A DNA stretch of 24,000 bases from Aeromonas piscicola (GTDB taxonomy: Bacteria; Pseudomonadota; Gammaproteobacteria; Enterobacterales; Aeromonadaceae), in NCBI RefSeq assembly GCF_000820005.1, contig NZ_CDBL01000056.1, positions 5,096 to 29,095 of the forward strand, read 5' to 3'. This document shows positions 7,180-16,660 of the stretch, one piece after another. The notes beneath the pieces are model-generated. The model had not been told where the DNA came from. It saw only the letters and a program-made list of their open reading frames with translations, and made no database searches. The position numbers and the translations under genes were made by a program. How positions within the stretch are numbered: position 1 is the first letter of the stretch; the number at the start of each line of letters is the position of its first letter.

Positions 7180-9444
7180 ATGACACGAGCACACACCCTG
7201 GGCTTCCCCCGTATCGGCGCCAAGCGCGAGCTGAAATTTGCCCTCGAATCTTACTGGCGTGGCGAGACAACTCAGGCAGAACTCATCGCCACCGGCAAGA
7301 GCCTGCGTGAGCGTCACTGGCAGGCCCAGCGCACCGCCGGGGTCAACCTGCTGCCGGTGGGCGACTTTGCCTGGTACGACCAAGTGCTCGGCACCAGCCT
7401 GCTGGTGGATGCCATCCCCGAGCGTCATCGCCACGGCGATACCGATCTCGATACCCTGTTCCGGGTGGCCCGTGGCCGTGCGCCGACCGGCCCGGCTGCT
7501 GCCGCCGCCGAGATGACCAAGTGGTTCAATACCAACTACCACTATCTGGTGCCCGAGTTCAGCCGCAATCAGCGCTTCAAGCTGGGCTGGAGCCAACTGT
7601 TTGACGAGGTGGAAGAGGCCAAGGCGCTGGGGCTGCCGGTCAAGGCCGTGCTGCTGGGGCCCGTCTCCTATCTCTGGCTTGGCAAGGAGAAAGAGAGCGG
7701 CTTCTCGCGCCTCGAATTGCTCGATCGCCTGCTGATCGTCTATCAGGAGATCCTGGGGAGGCTCTCGGCCCAAGGGGTGGAGTGGGTACAGATCGACGAG
7801 CCGGCCCTGGCGCTGGACTTGCCGGACGAGTGGCGTCTTGCCTACCTCAACGCCTATGAGCGCTTGAGCGGCCCCTGCAAGCTGTTGCTCACCACCTATT
7901 TCGGTTCTGTTGCCCATCAGCGCGACATCATCACCAGCCTGAAGGTGGATGGCCTGCACCTGGATCTGGTGGCGGCGCCCGAGCAGCTGGAGACCCTCAT
8001 TCCTCATCTGCCGGCCCAGTGGGTCATCTCCGCCGGGGTGATCAACGGTCGTAACGTCTGGCGTGCCAACCTGGCCAAGCTGGCACCGACCCTGAAAGCG
8101 CTGAAGGATAAGTTGGGCGAGCGGCTCTGGGTGGCATCTTCCTGCTCCCTGCTGCACAGCCCGGTGGATCTCACCCTGGAGCACGAGCTGGATCCTCAGA
8201 CCCGCAGCTGGTTCGCCTTCGCCCTGCAAAAGTGCTACGAGCTGGGACTGCTCTCCGACTACCTGGACGGTGGTGACATCGACAAAATCACCGCCTACAG
8301 CCAACCCATCGTGGATCGGGAGTCCAATAGCCGGGTCCACAAGAAAGCGGTGCAGTCCCGTCTGGCCAGCCTGACCAACAGCGATTTCGACCGCCAGAGT
8401 GCCTATCCGGTAAGGGCGCAGGCGCAGCGCAATGATCTCAAGCTGCCGCTCTTGCCCACCACCACCATTGGCTCATTCCCGCAGACCTCGGAAATTCGGG
8501 TGCTGCGTCAGGAGTGGCGGGCCGGTCGCATCGACGACAGTGCTTACGAGGCGGGCATCCAGGCCCAGATCAAGGATGCCATCGAACGCCAGGAGGCCAT
8601 CGGGCTGGACGTGCTGGTGCACGGCGAGGCCGAGCGCAACGACATGGTGGAGTATTTCGGCGAGCTGCTGGACGGCTTTGCCATCACCCGCTTCGGCTGG
8701 GTACAGAGCTATGGCTCCCGCTGCGTCAAGCCGCCGGTGATCACCCGTGACATCGACCGTCCGACTCCCATGACCCTCGAATGGGCCAAGTTTGCCCAGA
8801 GCCTGACCTACAAACCAGTCAAGGGCATGCTGACCGGGCCCGTGACCATACTCTGCTGGTCCTTCCCCCGCGAAGACGTGAGCCGCGAGCAGTCCGCCCT
8901 GCAAATTGGCCTGGCCATTCGCGACGAGGTGGCGGATCTCGAAGCCGCCGGCATCAAGATCATCCAGATCGACGAACCGGCGATCCGCGAAGGCTTGCCC
9001 CTGCGCAAACAGGATCACCAGACGTATCTCGACTGGGCGGTACGCGCCTTCCGCCTGAGCGCAAGCCCAGTGGTGGACAGCACCCAGATCCACACCCACA
9101 TGTGTTACAGCGACTTCAACCTCATCATAGAGGCGGTGGCGGCGCTGGACGCGGACGTGATCACCATAGAGACCAGCCGCAGCCAGATGCAGCTGCTCGA
9201 AGCGTTCGAACGCTTCAACTACCCCAACGAAATCGGGCCTGGCGTGTATGACATCCACTCGCCGAACGTGCCGAGCCAGAGCTGGATTGAGGGCTTGCTG
9301 CGCAAGGCGGCCAAGCAGATCCCGGCGGAACGGCTCTGGGTCAACCCGGACTGCGGCCTCAAGACCCGTGGCTGGGAAGAGACCACCGCCGCCCTCACCG
9401 TGATGGTGGAGGCGACCCGGGCACTGCGGGCAGAGCTGGCCTAG
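7180..9444 (+). CDS. metE: Cobalamin-independent methionine synthase (5-methyltetrahydropteroyltriglutamate-homocysteine S-methyltransferase)
   Basis: 754 aa. The N-terminus is [19 protein letters not shown]. The Zn-site motifs are HTHMCYS and NPDCGLKTR. The length is that of MetE, AAGGA sits upstream of the ATG, and the gene is divergent from metR. Confidence 0.97.
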   Translation: MTRAHTLGFPRIGAKRELKFALESYWRGETTQAELIATGKSLRERHWQAQRTAGVNLLPVGDFAWYDQVLGTSLLVDAIPERHRHGDTDLDTLFRVARGRAPTGPAAAAAEMTKWFNTNYHYLVPEFSRNQRFKLGWSQLFDEVEEAKALGLPVKAVLLGPVSYLWLGKEKESGFSRLELLDRLLIVYQEILGRLSAQGVEWVQIDEPALALDLPDEWRLAYLNAYERLSGPCKLLLTTYFGSVAHQRDIITSLKVDGLHLDLVAAPEQLETLIPHLPAQWVISAGVINGRNVWRANLAKLAPTLKALKDKLGERLWVASSCSLLHSPVDLTLEHELDPQTRSWFAFALQKCYELGLLSDYLDGGDIDKITAYSQPIVDRESNSRVHKKAVQSRLASLTNSDFDRQSAYPVRAQAQRNDLKLPLLPTTTIGSFPQTSEIRVLRQEWRAGRIDDSAYEAGIQAQIKDAIERQEAIGLDVLVHGEAERNDMVEYFGELLDGFAITRFGWVQSYGSRCVKPPVITRDIDRPTPMTLEWAKFAQSLTYKPVKGMLTGPVTILCWSFPREDVSREQSALQIGLAIRDEVADLEAAGIKIIQIDEPAIREGLPLRKQDHQTYLDWAVRAFRLSASPVVDSTQIHTHMCYSDFNLIIEAVAALDADVITIETSRSQMQLLEAFERFNYPNEIGPGVYDIHSPNVPSQSWIEGLLRKAAKQIPAERLWVNPDCGLKTRGWEETTAALTVMVEATRALRAELA

Positions 9445-9506
9445 TTAGGTAGCCAGGCTGGCCGGTCAAAAATCAGCAAATAACAACAGAGTTCGGGCAT
9501 AACGAA

Positions 9507-9538
9507 AGAGGGAAGGCGCACGCCTTCCCTCTGTTTTT
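9507..9538 (+). terminator. Rho-independent terminator of metE
   Basis: 12-bp stem AGAGGGAAGGCG (9507-9518) / CGCCTTCCCTCT (9521-9532) followed by GTTTTT. A second hairpin GTGCGGG-CAGA-CCCGCAC (9539-9556) follows immediately. Confidence 0.8.
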
Positions 9539-9609
9539 GTGCGGGCAGACCCGCACCAACCCGGCGTGCGCTAGGCTCAGGACAGGATGGTGTGGGCGGG
9601 GCAGGAAAA

Positions 9610-10359
9610 ATGAAAGCAGGTGTCTGGATCGGGAGTCTATGGGCACTGTTGCTGGCCACTTGCCCCCTGGCGGCTCCCGCCCCCTCGCTCAACATGGTCT
9701 ATTTCAATGATTTTGCCCCCTACTCCTGGCGTGACGAGCAGGGCAAGATGCGGGGCATCATGGTGGATGTGATGGACAGGGTTGCGGCCGAGCTCGGCAT
9801 CCACGTCACTCATCAGGGGTATCCCTGGCTGCGGGCCCAGAAACGGGTGCGATCCGGCCAGGCCGATGGCTTTGTCACAGTGCCGACCCTGGAGCGGCGG
9901 GACTATACCCAGGTGGTGGAGGAGCCGGTCGCCTTCTCCACCCTGACCCTGTTCACCCAGGCGGGCCACCCCCAGCTGGCGCGGCTCAATCAGGCTCGCG
10001 CCCTGGCGGATCTCAAGGCGTTCACCATCCTCGACTACATAGGCAATGGCTGGGGAAAGGAGAATCTGGTGGGATTCAAGGTCCATCTGACCATGAATGT
10101 GGACAACGTCTTCAAGATGCTCTCGGCCGGCCGGGGCGACTTGATGATCACGGATCCCATCGTGGCCAACTTCAAGCTCCGCCAGCTGGGGCTGACGGGG
10201 CGCATCATAGAGGTGCCGCTCCAGCTGGGATTGACCCCGCTGACCCTCTGCATCGCCCATACCTCTCCTTTTCAGCGCCGGGTCGCCGAGTTTTCCCGCG
10301 TCCTGGTCAGGCTGCGCCAGAGCGGCGAGCTGGCCCGCATCGAGGCGCGTTATCGGTGA
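9610..10359 (+). CDS. Periplasmic substrate-binding protein, family-3 (amino-acid ABC/SBP_bac_3-like), orphan (no permease or ATPase adjacent)
   Basis: 249 aa from ATG 9610, with AGGA upstream. Signal peptide MKAGVWIGSLWALLLATCPLAA. The SBP_bac_3-like pattern is present (FAPYSWRDEQGKMRGIMVDV...YPWLRAQKRV..GQADGF). The ligand is unknown. Confidence 0.7.
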   Translation: MKAGVWIGSLWALLLATCPLAAPAPSLNMVYFNDFAPYSWRDEQGKMRGIMVDVMDRVAAELGIHVTHQGYPWLRAQKRVRSGQADGFVTVPTLERRDYTQVVEEPVAFSTLTLFTQAGHPQLARLNQARALADLKAFTILDYIGNGWGKENLVGFKVHLTMNVDNVFKMLSAGRGDLMITDPIVANFKLRQLGLTGRIIEVPLQLGLTPLTLCIAHTSPFQRRVAEFSRVLVRLRQSGELARIEARYR

Positions 10360-10430
10360 GGCGGTTGCGCCATGGCGCCGGATAACGGCTTTTTAAAACC
10401 AGGAGGGCGGCCAGGGCCGCGAGCAGGCGT

Positions 10431-10816
10431 TTGCCCTGGAGCAGCACGGTGCGAGTGCAGGATGTGATGTCACGAGATCTGATCCTGATCGGGCCGGATC
10501 AGCCGGGGCGCCTCGCCGGTATCATCACGCTGCACGACCTGATGATCGACCGGGTGTTGCAACAACCGCGGGGAGCCGGGGCTCTGGCAGCACTGCGGGT
10601 CGCGGATCTGATGACCCGCGACGTGTCGACTGCCCGCCGCTACCAGCCCCTCTACGATCTGGTGGCCGCCTTCTCCGATGGCGGCTTGCACCACATGCCG
10701 GTGGTGGATAGGGAGCAACTGGTCGCATGCTGACCCAGTCGGACATGGTGGCGGCCCTGTTCACCCTGGCCCTGCAGCCCGTGCTGGCCGAGGCTGACCA
10801 GGGGTCCGGCGGCTAA
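10431..10816 (+). pseudogene. Disrupted CBS-domain-pair protein gene (frameshift near 10725; first CBS motif collapsed)
   Basis: Frame A (10431-10733) reads ...VQDVMSRDLILIGPDQPGRLAGIITLHDLM...VADLMTRDVSTARRYQPLYDLVAAFSDGGLHHMPVVDREQLVAC*. Frame B (10727-10816) continues MLTQSDMVAAL.... One extra base at 10725-10726 would give the canonical CBS end ...LV(G/A)MLTQSDM. See the corresponding finding. Confidence 0.5.
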
Positions 10817-10822
10817 CGAAGA

Positions 10823-10840
10823 AGGCCCCTCGCGGGGCCT
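10823..10840 (-). terminator. Hairpin terminator downstream of the amidohydrolase gene (between convergent genes)
   Basis: AGGCCCC (10823-10829) TCGC GGGGCCT (10834-10840). On the - strand it is followed by TTCTTCGTT. Confidence 0.45.
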
Positions 10841-10864
10841 GTCGATGGGGGCAGATGCGTGGGC

Positions 10865-12805
10865 TCAGGGAGCCAGATAGACGGTCTCGCCCTGAAACAC
10901 CGTCTGCTCGATTCGGGTATCGGCGATCTGCTCCGGGGTGCCGGCCTCGACCAGGGCGAACAGATCCCGGTCGAGCACGATGAAGTCTGCCGACTTGCCC
11001 GCCTCGATGGAGCCGGTGATCTCCCCCTGACGCACCGCCCTGGCACCATTGATGGTGTAGGCGGCCACTATTTCGGCAAGCGAGGTACGCTGGTTGGCGC
11101 GAAAATCCTCACCGCTTCCCGCCGCTTTGGCGATGCCGGCCGCCATGTTGACGAAGGGGCGGGGATCCCGGCTGTCCACGGGAGCATCGCTGCCCGCCAC
11201 CAGAATGGCGCCCGCCTTGCGCGCACTTTCCACCGGATAGAGCGCATCGTGCAGATAGCCCAGGGGATCATACAGCGCCTCACGCAAGGATTGTCCCGCG
11301 CGGGTGGGCTGGATGAAGGGGGTCACCAGCATGTCGTAGGCGAGCTGGGGCGTGGTCCAGGCGTAGGTAAAGGTGAGATAGAGGCCAAGCTCTCCCAGCC
11401 TTTTCTGATCGTCTGGGTGCACCACCTGCAGGTGAGCCAGGGTATGGGGGATCCCCTTGTCACCGTTGCTGGCGCGGGCAGCTTGCAGCGCATCCAGCGC
11501 CATCCGGGTGCTGCGATCGCCGATGCTGTGCATATGAATGCTGAAACCGGCCTGATCGAGGGCGGTGACATAGTTTTTCAGGTCGGCGTCCCGGTAGTTG
11601 ACTATGCCGTTGCTGCCCGCATCCTCGCTATCGGCCGTGATGGTCACCTGCTCGGTGGCGAGATCCATGGCCAGGTGCGGGTTCTGGTAGTTTTCCAGCA
11701 TGCCCGCATTGGGCAGGAAGGGCGGGGTGGTAAAGGGATCCCCTTCCAGTACGCCGTCGAGGAAGATCTTGACCGCATCGGCCTTGATCAGGGGATTGTC
11801 GGCAAAGGCGCTCCTGACCTGGCTGGCCTTGGCCAGGTGGCCGGCTATGTCCAGTTTTCCGCTGTAGTCATCCTGATGAAAGCAGGTGGCCGCCGTGATG
11901 CGCATGTGCAGCAACCCAAGCGACTGCATCTTGAGCAGCCGCTGACGGATGAAGTCGGTGGCGCAGGCATCCTGCACGCCCGTGATGCCACGGGAGGCCA
12001 TCAGGGTGGAGATGGCGGGCAGGATCTTGTCGTACTGGCTGGCGGCCTGCTCGTCGCTGGCGCTGAGCACCCCGGTGTCGGGTACCGGAATGGCGCTGCG
12101 GGCACCTTCCCGGATCACCCCGCTGGCCAGATCCACGTAGGGAATAAAGGCCTCGAATACCCCGCCAGGTGTCAGGGTCACACTGTTGAAACCCACGGTA
12201 TTGCCATCCTGATCCTGCGCGCTGGCCAGCGCTTGCGAGTTGTAGGCGCTGGCGTGTCCATCGGCCCCGAGCAGTACCACCGGGTTGTCCGGCGCCGCGG
12301 TATCCAGCGCGGCCAGCAGGGTGGCATAGGTTGCCGTCGGCGTATTGCCATCGTAGGGGGACCACTGATTGACCGCCAGCCACTCCCCCTTGGTGGGGGC
12401 GTAGCGAGGCAGACAGGTGCGGATCTTGTCGGCCAGCTGATCCAGCGTGACGCTCTGACCGTCCAGATCGCACATATCCAGCGCCACAGTGCCGAGCAGG
12501 TGAATGTGGTTGTCATGCAGGCCGGGCAGCACCATGCGGCCCTTCAGATCCACGACCTTGCCATCCTTGCCCTGATAGGTCTCTGCCCCCTGGCGTGAGC
12601 CCACGTAGAGGAACTTGCCATCGGCGACCACCATGGCATCGGCAACCCTGCGTTGCCCATCCTGAGTGTGAATTGTGCCGTTGAGGTAGAGGGTCCGCTG
12701 CGCCTCTGGCCCCGTGCTCTGCTGATTGCAGCCAGTCAGCACTCCGGCCACCAGCAGCAGTGCGGCACTTGTTGTCAACGTAAAACCTGATTGCTTGCCA
12801 TCCAT
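10865..12805 (-). CDS. Amidohydrolase-family metallo-hydrolase (Amidohydro_3/YtcJ-like), predicted lipoprotein
   Basis: 646 aa. The N-terminus LLLVAGVLTGC carries a lipobox. The HxH metal motif lies in LPGLHDNHIHLLG, and later there are HMHSIGD and GSDAPV motifs typical of the amidohydrolase TIM-barrel. The substrate cannot be inferred. Confidence 0.85.
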   Translation of the reverse strand: MDGKQSGFTLTTSAALLLVAGVLTGCNQQSTGPEAQRTLYLNGTIHTQDGQRRVADAMVVADGKFLYVGSRQGAETYQGKDGKVVDLKGRMVLPGLHDNHIHLLGTVALDMCDLDGQSVTLDQLADKIRTCLPRYAPTKGEWLAVNQWSPYDGNTPTATYATLLAALDTAAPDNPVVLLGADGHASAYNSQALASAQDQDGNTVGFNSVTLTPGGVFEAFIPYVDLASGVIREGARSAIPVPDTGVLSASDEQAASQYDKILPAISTLMASRGITGVQDACATDFIRQRLLKMQSLGLLHMRITAATCFHQDDYSGKLDIAGHLAKASQVRSAFADNPLIKADAVKIFLDGVLEGDPFTTPPFLPNAGMLENYQNPHLAMDLATEQVTITADSEDAGSNGIVNYRDADLKNYVTALDQAGFSIHMHSIGDRSTRMALDALQAARASNGDKGIPHTLAHLQVVHPDDQKRLGELGLYLTFTYAWTTPQLAYDMLVTPFIQPTRAGQSLREALYDPLGYLHDALYPVESARKAGAILVAGSDAPVDSRDPRPFVNMAAGIAKAAGSGEDFRANQRTSLAEIVAAYTINGARAVRQGEITGSIEAGKSADFIVLDRDLFALVEAGTPEQIADTRIEQTVFQGETVYLAP

Positions 12806-12830
12806 ATGCCATTGCTCTCCCTGGTTATAA

Positions 12831-12846
12831 TGCAGTCTTTACTGCA
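12831..12846. promoter_or_regulatory. Palindrome TGCAGT-CTTT-ACTGCA, candidate TetR operator in the divergent intergenic region
   Basis: Perfect 6-4-6 inverted repeat 26 bp upstream of the amidohydrolase ATG (12805). It abuts a TATAAT hexamer (12826-12831, + strand) inside an AT-rich 177-bp gap. Confidence 0.3.
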
Positions 12847-12982
12847 AATGTGAGCACTCTTGTTTATTGCAGCTGTTGGGATAAAAGCCAGCAATTACTG
12901 AAAATATTCTTTTTGACTTATATTTTCCTTGTTTCATCATGTAGTTATAAAACTATGCCGCGACCAAGGTGAAGGAGAACCC

Positions 12983-13663
12983 ATGTCAGAACAGCCGTTG
13001 CCCGCCGATCTCTGCATGCGGCGCCAACCCAGACAGCAGCGCAGCCAGGAGACGGTCACCCGGATCGAGCAGGCCACCCTGGCCCTGTTGCAGGAGCAGG
13101 GCTTTCCGGCGCTCAACACCAACGCCATCGCCACCCGGGCCGGGGTTGGCATCAAGTCGCTCTATCACCTGTTTCCCAACAAGGAAGCCATCATCTGCCG
13201 ACTGGCCATGGACTGGCTGGCGGCGGTGTGCGCGGCGCAGGAGGCGATCCGCACCCAGGAGTGCGGCTTGCAGGAGACGCTGTTACTGCTGGATCAGGCG
13301 CTGGACGCGCTGGACGCCCGTTTCGTCGGCTATGGTGCCTTGTGGCAGGCGATGGATCTCATTCCGGCACTGCACGAGGTGGAGCGGGAGCATGAACGAG
13401 GCCAGATTGCCTTCTGGTCGGAGCGACTGCGTCATTTCGGTTGCCGTTGGCCCGAACCCGCGTTGACGGCGCTGGTGCGCTATTTCTACCGGACGGCGGA
13501 TCTGGTCAAACAGAGTGCCAAGGAGCAAGGGCCAGCAGGCCAGCGGATGTGGCAGTTGCATCAGCTGTGGCTGGCGCAACTGCTGGCGGCGGCCATCGCC
13601 GAGCCCGACCCCGAGCGGGTGTGGCAGGCGGTGCCCAGGCTGCTGACGGATACCGCGGGCTGA
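12983..13663 (+). CDS. TetR/AcrR-family transcriptional regulator
   Basis: 226 aa from ATG 12983, with AAGGAG 5 nt upstream. The N-terminal TetR HTH pattern is RRQPRQQRSQETVTRIEQATLALLQEQGFPALNTNAIATRAGVGIKSLYHLFPNKEAI. It is divergent from the amidohydrolase gene. The track ORF start 12929 lies in promoter-like AT-rich DNA. Confidence 0.88.
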   Translation: MSEQPLPADLCMRRQPRQQRSQETVTRIEQATLALLQEQGFPALNTNAIATRAGVGIKSLYHLFPNKEAIICRLAMDWLAAVCAAQEAIRTQECGLQETLLLLDQALDALDARFVGYGALWQAMDLIPALHEVEREHERGQIAFWSERLRHFGCRWPEPALTALVRYFYRTADLVKQSAKEQGPAGQRMWQLHQLWLAQLLAAAIAEPDPERVWQAVPRLLTDTAG

Positions 13664-13687
13664 GAGGTGCGAGAAATGGATGTGAAG

Positions 13688-13712
13688 AGGGAGTGCCTGG
13701 CACTCCCTTTTT
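13688..13712 (+). terminator. Rho-independent terminator of the TetR gene
   Basis: AGGGAGTG (13688-13695) / CACTCCCT (13701-13708) with loop CCTGG, followed by TTTTT. Confidence 0.75.
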
Positions 13713-13734
13713 CATTTGCGACCTCGTGGCAGCC

Positions 13735-14988
13735 TCAGCCGTAGCGGGCCAGGGTCAGCCCCTCATCGCTGATGGTAGGCGTGTTGCCGCTGATGAGATC
13801 CGCCAGCAGCTGGCCCGAGCCTGCCGCCATGGTCCAGCCCAGAGTGCCGTGGCCTGTGTTGAGCCAGAGCCCAGGCACAGGGCTTGGGCCCACCAGTGGG
13901 GTACCGTCCGGCGTCATGGGCCGCAGCCCGGTCCAGAACTCGGCCTGCTGTATATCGCCCCCCTCGGGGAAGAGATCCCCCACTACCATGGCCAGGGTGT
14001 CGTAGCGTTTCGGGTTGAGCGCCAGGTTGAAACCCGACAGCTCCGCCATGCCGCCGACCCGGATCCGTTCATCGAAGCGGGTGATGGCCACCTTGTAGGT
14101 TTCATCCAGTACAGTACTGCGGGGCGCTGCATCACGGTTAGTCATCGGCAGGGTGAGGGAGTAGCCCTTGACCGGGTAGACAGGCAGATCGAGCCCAAGC
14201 GGGCGCAGCAAGCCGGTGGCATAGCTGCCCAGCGCACAGACGATGGCATCGGCCTTGAAACGCTGCTCACCGGCCCGCACCGCGACGGCGCGCCCTTGAG
14301 CCAGCTCAATCTCATTGATGGCACAGTTGAAGACAAATTCCACCCCGAGTTTTTGTGCCTCGGCGGCCAGCGCCTTGGTGAAGCGAAAGCAGTCGCCGGT
14401 TTCATCACCCGGCAGGCGCAGACCACCGACTATCTTACCACGTACCCGTGCCAGCGCCGGCTCCACCCCCTCGCAACCGCTGGCATCCAGCGACTGGTAG
14501 GGCACGCCGTACTCTTCCAGTACCTCGATATCCCGTTTGCTGGCATCGAGCTGGGTCTGGCTTCGAAACAGCTGCAGGGTGCCGAGCTGGCGTCCCTCGT
14601 AATCCAGCGCCAGCTCGTCGCGCAGTCCCTTCATGCAGTCGCGGCTGTATTCGGCAAGGCGCACCATGCGCCCCTTGTTGATGGCATAGGCTGCCGGGGT
14701 GCAGTTGGCGAACATCTTCAGCATCCAGCGCAGCTGGAACGGATCCGAGGTCGGGCGCACCGTGAAGGGGGCGTGTTTTTGCAGCAGCCACTTGGCGGCC
14801 TTGAGGGGAATGCCGGGCGCCGCCCAGGGGGAGGCATAACCGGGGGAGATCTGACCGGCGTTGGCATGGCTGGTTTCCAGCGCCACCCCATCCCGTCGCT
14901 CCAGCAGGGTCACGTGATGACCCGCCTTGGCCAGATACCACGCGCTGGTCACGCCAATCACGCCACCACCGAGTACCACTATGTCCAT
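13735..14988 (-). CDS. dadA: D-amino acid dehydrogenase (FAD-dependent)
   Basis: 417 aa. The N-terminus [23 protein letters not shown]...[31 protein letters not shown] closely parallels E. coli DadA as I recall it. AGGAGA SD is upstream. Confidence 0.93.
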   Translation of the reverse strand: MDIVVLGGGVIGVTSAWYLAKAGHHVTLLERRDGVALETSHANAGQISPGYASPWAAPGIPLKAAKWLLQKHAPFTVRPTSDPFQLRWMLKMFANCTPAAYAINKGRMVRLAEYSRDCMKGLRDELALDYEGRQLGTLQLFRSQTQLDASKRDIEVLEEYGVPYQSLDASGCEGVEPALARVRGKIVGGLRLPGDETGDCFRFTKALAAEAQKLGVEFVFNCAINEIELAQGRAVAVRAGEQRFKADAIVCALGSYATGLLRPLGLDLPVYPVKGYSLTLPMTNRDAAPRSTVLDETYKVAITRFDERIRVGGMAELSGFNLALNPKRYDTLAMVVGDLFPEGGDIQQAEFWTGLRPMTPDGTPLVGPSPVPGLWLNTGHGTLGWTMAAGSGQLLADLISGNTPTISDEGLTLARYG

Positions 14989-15139
14989 CTTGTCTCTCCT
15001 TGACTGGGGCCCACACCATAATCAGCCGCAACAGGATATTCAACTGGTGTAGATATAATTGGGATATATATCTAGTTACATTTATTTAACTGGTTTTCAA
15101 TGTCGAAAATTGTGGACATTCTGGTATTTGATGTGGCAG

Positions 15140-16660
15140 TCAGAGCTGCTCCAACTGGATCAGGTACTGCTCCGCCGTCGCCAGGACGGCTTGCCGTTGT
15201 GCCTCTGGCTGGCCATCCCAGTTGGCATAGGGCAGGGCGAGGCGGGGATTGGCACCAAGCTTGTCCCGATGGCGCCATAAAAAGTGCCAGTAGAGGCTGT
15301 TGAACGGGCAGCTCTGTGGGCCGCTGCGGGCCTTCACCTGATAGTGGCACCCCTTGCAGTAGTGGCCCATCCGGTCGAGATAAGCGCCGCTGCTGGCGTA
15401 GGGCTTGCTGCCCATCAGGCCGCCATCGGCAAACTGGCTCATACCGCGGGTGTTGGGCAGCTCCACCCACTCGATGGCATCCACGTAGATCCCCAGATAC
15501 CACTCATCGACCTCGTCCGGGTCTATACCCGCCAGCAGGGCAAAGTTGCCCGTCACCATCAGCCGCTGGATGTGGTGGGCATAGGCGTGCTCGAGGGATT
15601 GGCGGATGGCGTGGCGCACGCAGGCCATCTTGGTTTCGCCGTTCCAGAAAAAGCCGGGCAGGGAGCGGTCGGCCCCCAGAAAATTGGTGCTCTGATATTC
15701 CGGCATCTTTTCCCAGTAGAGGGCGCGGACAAACTCGCGCCAGCCGAGGATCTGGCGAATGAAACCCTCCACCTGCGCCAGCGTGATCGTCGTCTGATTG
15801 GCCTGCCAGTGGGCTTCAGCTGCGCGGATCACCTCGAGGGGGTGGAGCATCTTGCTGTTGAGAGAAAACGACAAGCGGCTGTGAAACAGGCTCCAGCCCC
15901 GCTCGCTCAGGGCATCCTGATAGCGGCCAAAGTGGGGCAGGCAGTGGACCAGAAAGTGATCGAGCAGTTCGCGGCTCTGGCGTCGGGTGAGGGGCCAGGG
16001 CAGGGCGCCGGCATCGGCGCGCCCCAGGGTCTTGACCCCGTGGCGGGTCAGCATGGCATCGATGTCCTGCACATCATGGGCAAAAAAGAGCGGGGCCGGG
16101 ATGGGCTGACGCTCGGGCAGTTTGGCCCGGTTTTCGCTGTCAAAGTTCCAGCGCCCGCCAAGGGGCTGGCCACCTTGATCGAGCAGCACCTTGTATTGTT
16201 TGCGCAGGGCGCGGTAGAAAAATTCCATCCGGCTGTGGGGGTAGCGCTGCCAGCCATCGCGGGGGGTGAGAAAATGTTCGCTCTCCACCTCAGCGGTAGG
16301 CATGGTCAGGCCCGCCGCCCACTGTGCCAGCTGGCTGGCGAGACGCCACTCATCCGGGCTCTGCCAGGCAAAACGGCTGGCCTGATGGTGCGCGATCTGG
16401 GCCTCCAGCAGGGCGGGCAAGTCGGGCCAGCGGGCGCTCTCATCGAGGGTCAGATAACAGACGTTATGGCCCGCCTTGGTAAGTGCGGCGGCAAAGGCGC
16501 GCATGGCGGCGAAAAAGGCCAGCACCTTCTGACGATGGTGGCGACAGTAGTCGGTCTCCTGACGCAGCTCCGCCAACAGGTAGCAGACCGCTGGATCCGT
16601 GTTGCGAAACCAGCTGTGACCGGCGTTCAGCTGATCGCCGAGGATAAGACGCAGCTCCAT
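15140..16660 (-). CDS. Cryptochrome/photolyase-family protein of the FeS-BCP (PhrB/CryB, prokaryotic 6-4 photolyase) type
   Basis: 506 aa from ATG 16660, with AAGGAG 10 nt upstream. The N-terminus MELRLILGDQLN and the YWE/GWREF region are typical of COG3046 'photolyase-related' proteins. The Cys pattern C...CKGC-x12-C (MACVRHA; YCKGCHYQVKARSGPQSCP) matches the 4Fe-4S ligand spacing described for PhrB. The track ORF (543 aa) over-extends across the upstream mini-gene. Confidence 0.85.
   Translation of the reverse strand: MELRLILGDQLNAGHSWFRNTDPAVCYLLAELRQETDYCRHHRQKVLAFFAAMRAFAAALTKAGHNVCYLTLDESARWPDLPALLEAQIAHHQASRFAWQSPDEWRLASQLAQWAAGLTMPTAEVESEHFLTPRDGWQRYPHSRMEFFYRALRKQYKVLLDQGGQPLGGRWNFDSENRAKLPERQPIPAPLFFAHDVQDIDAMLTRHGVKTLGRADAGALPWPLTRRQSRELLDHFLVHCLPHFGRYQDALSERGWSLFHSRLSFSLNSKMLHPLEVIRAAEAHWQANQTTITLAQVEGFIRQILGWREFVRALYWEKMPEYQSTNFLGADRSLPGFFWNGETKMACVRHAIRQSLEHAYAHHIQRLMVTGNFALLAGIDPDEVDEWYLGIYVDAIEWVELPNTRGMSQFADGGLMGSKPYASSGAYLDRMGHYCKGCHYQVKARSGPQSCPFNSLYWHFLWRHRDKLGANPRLALPYANWDGQPEAQRQAVLATAEQYLIQLEQL

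Noticed and set aside
7150-8340. 396-aa - strand ORF antisense to metE
   Set aside because: metE on the + strand is unambiguous, so this is a GC-rich antisense shadow.
10859-12598. 579-aa + strand ORF antisense to the amidohydrolase gene
   Set aside because: It fully overlaps a - strand gene that has clear family motifs. Its translation is Gly/Arg/Ala/His-rich and low-complexity, with no recognisable domain. This is the typical antisense shadow ORF of GC-rich DNA.
13441-15003. 520-aa + strand ORF across the TetR 3' end and antisense to dadA
   Set aside because: It is a shadow of dadA, which has a near-textbook sequence. It shows no motifs and would have to read through a strong terminator hairpin at 13688-13712.
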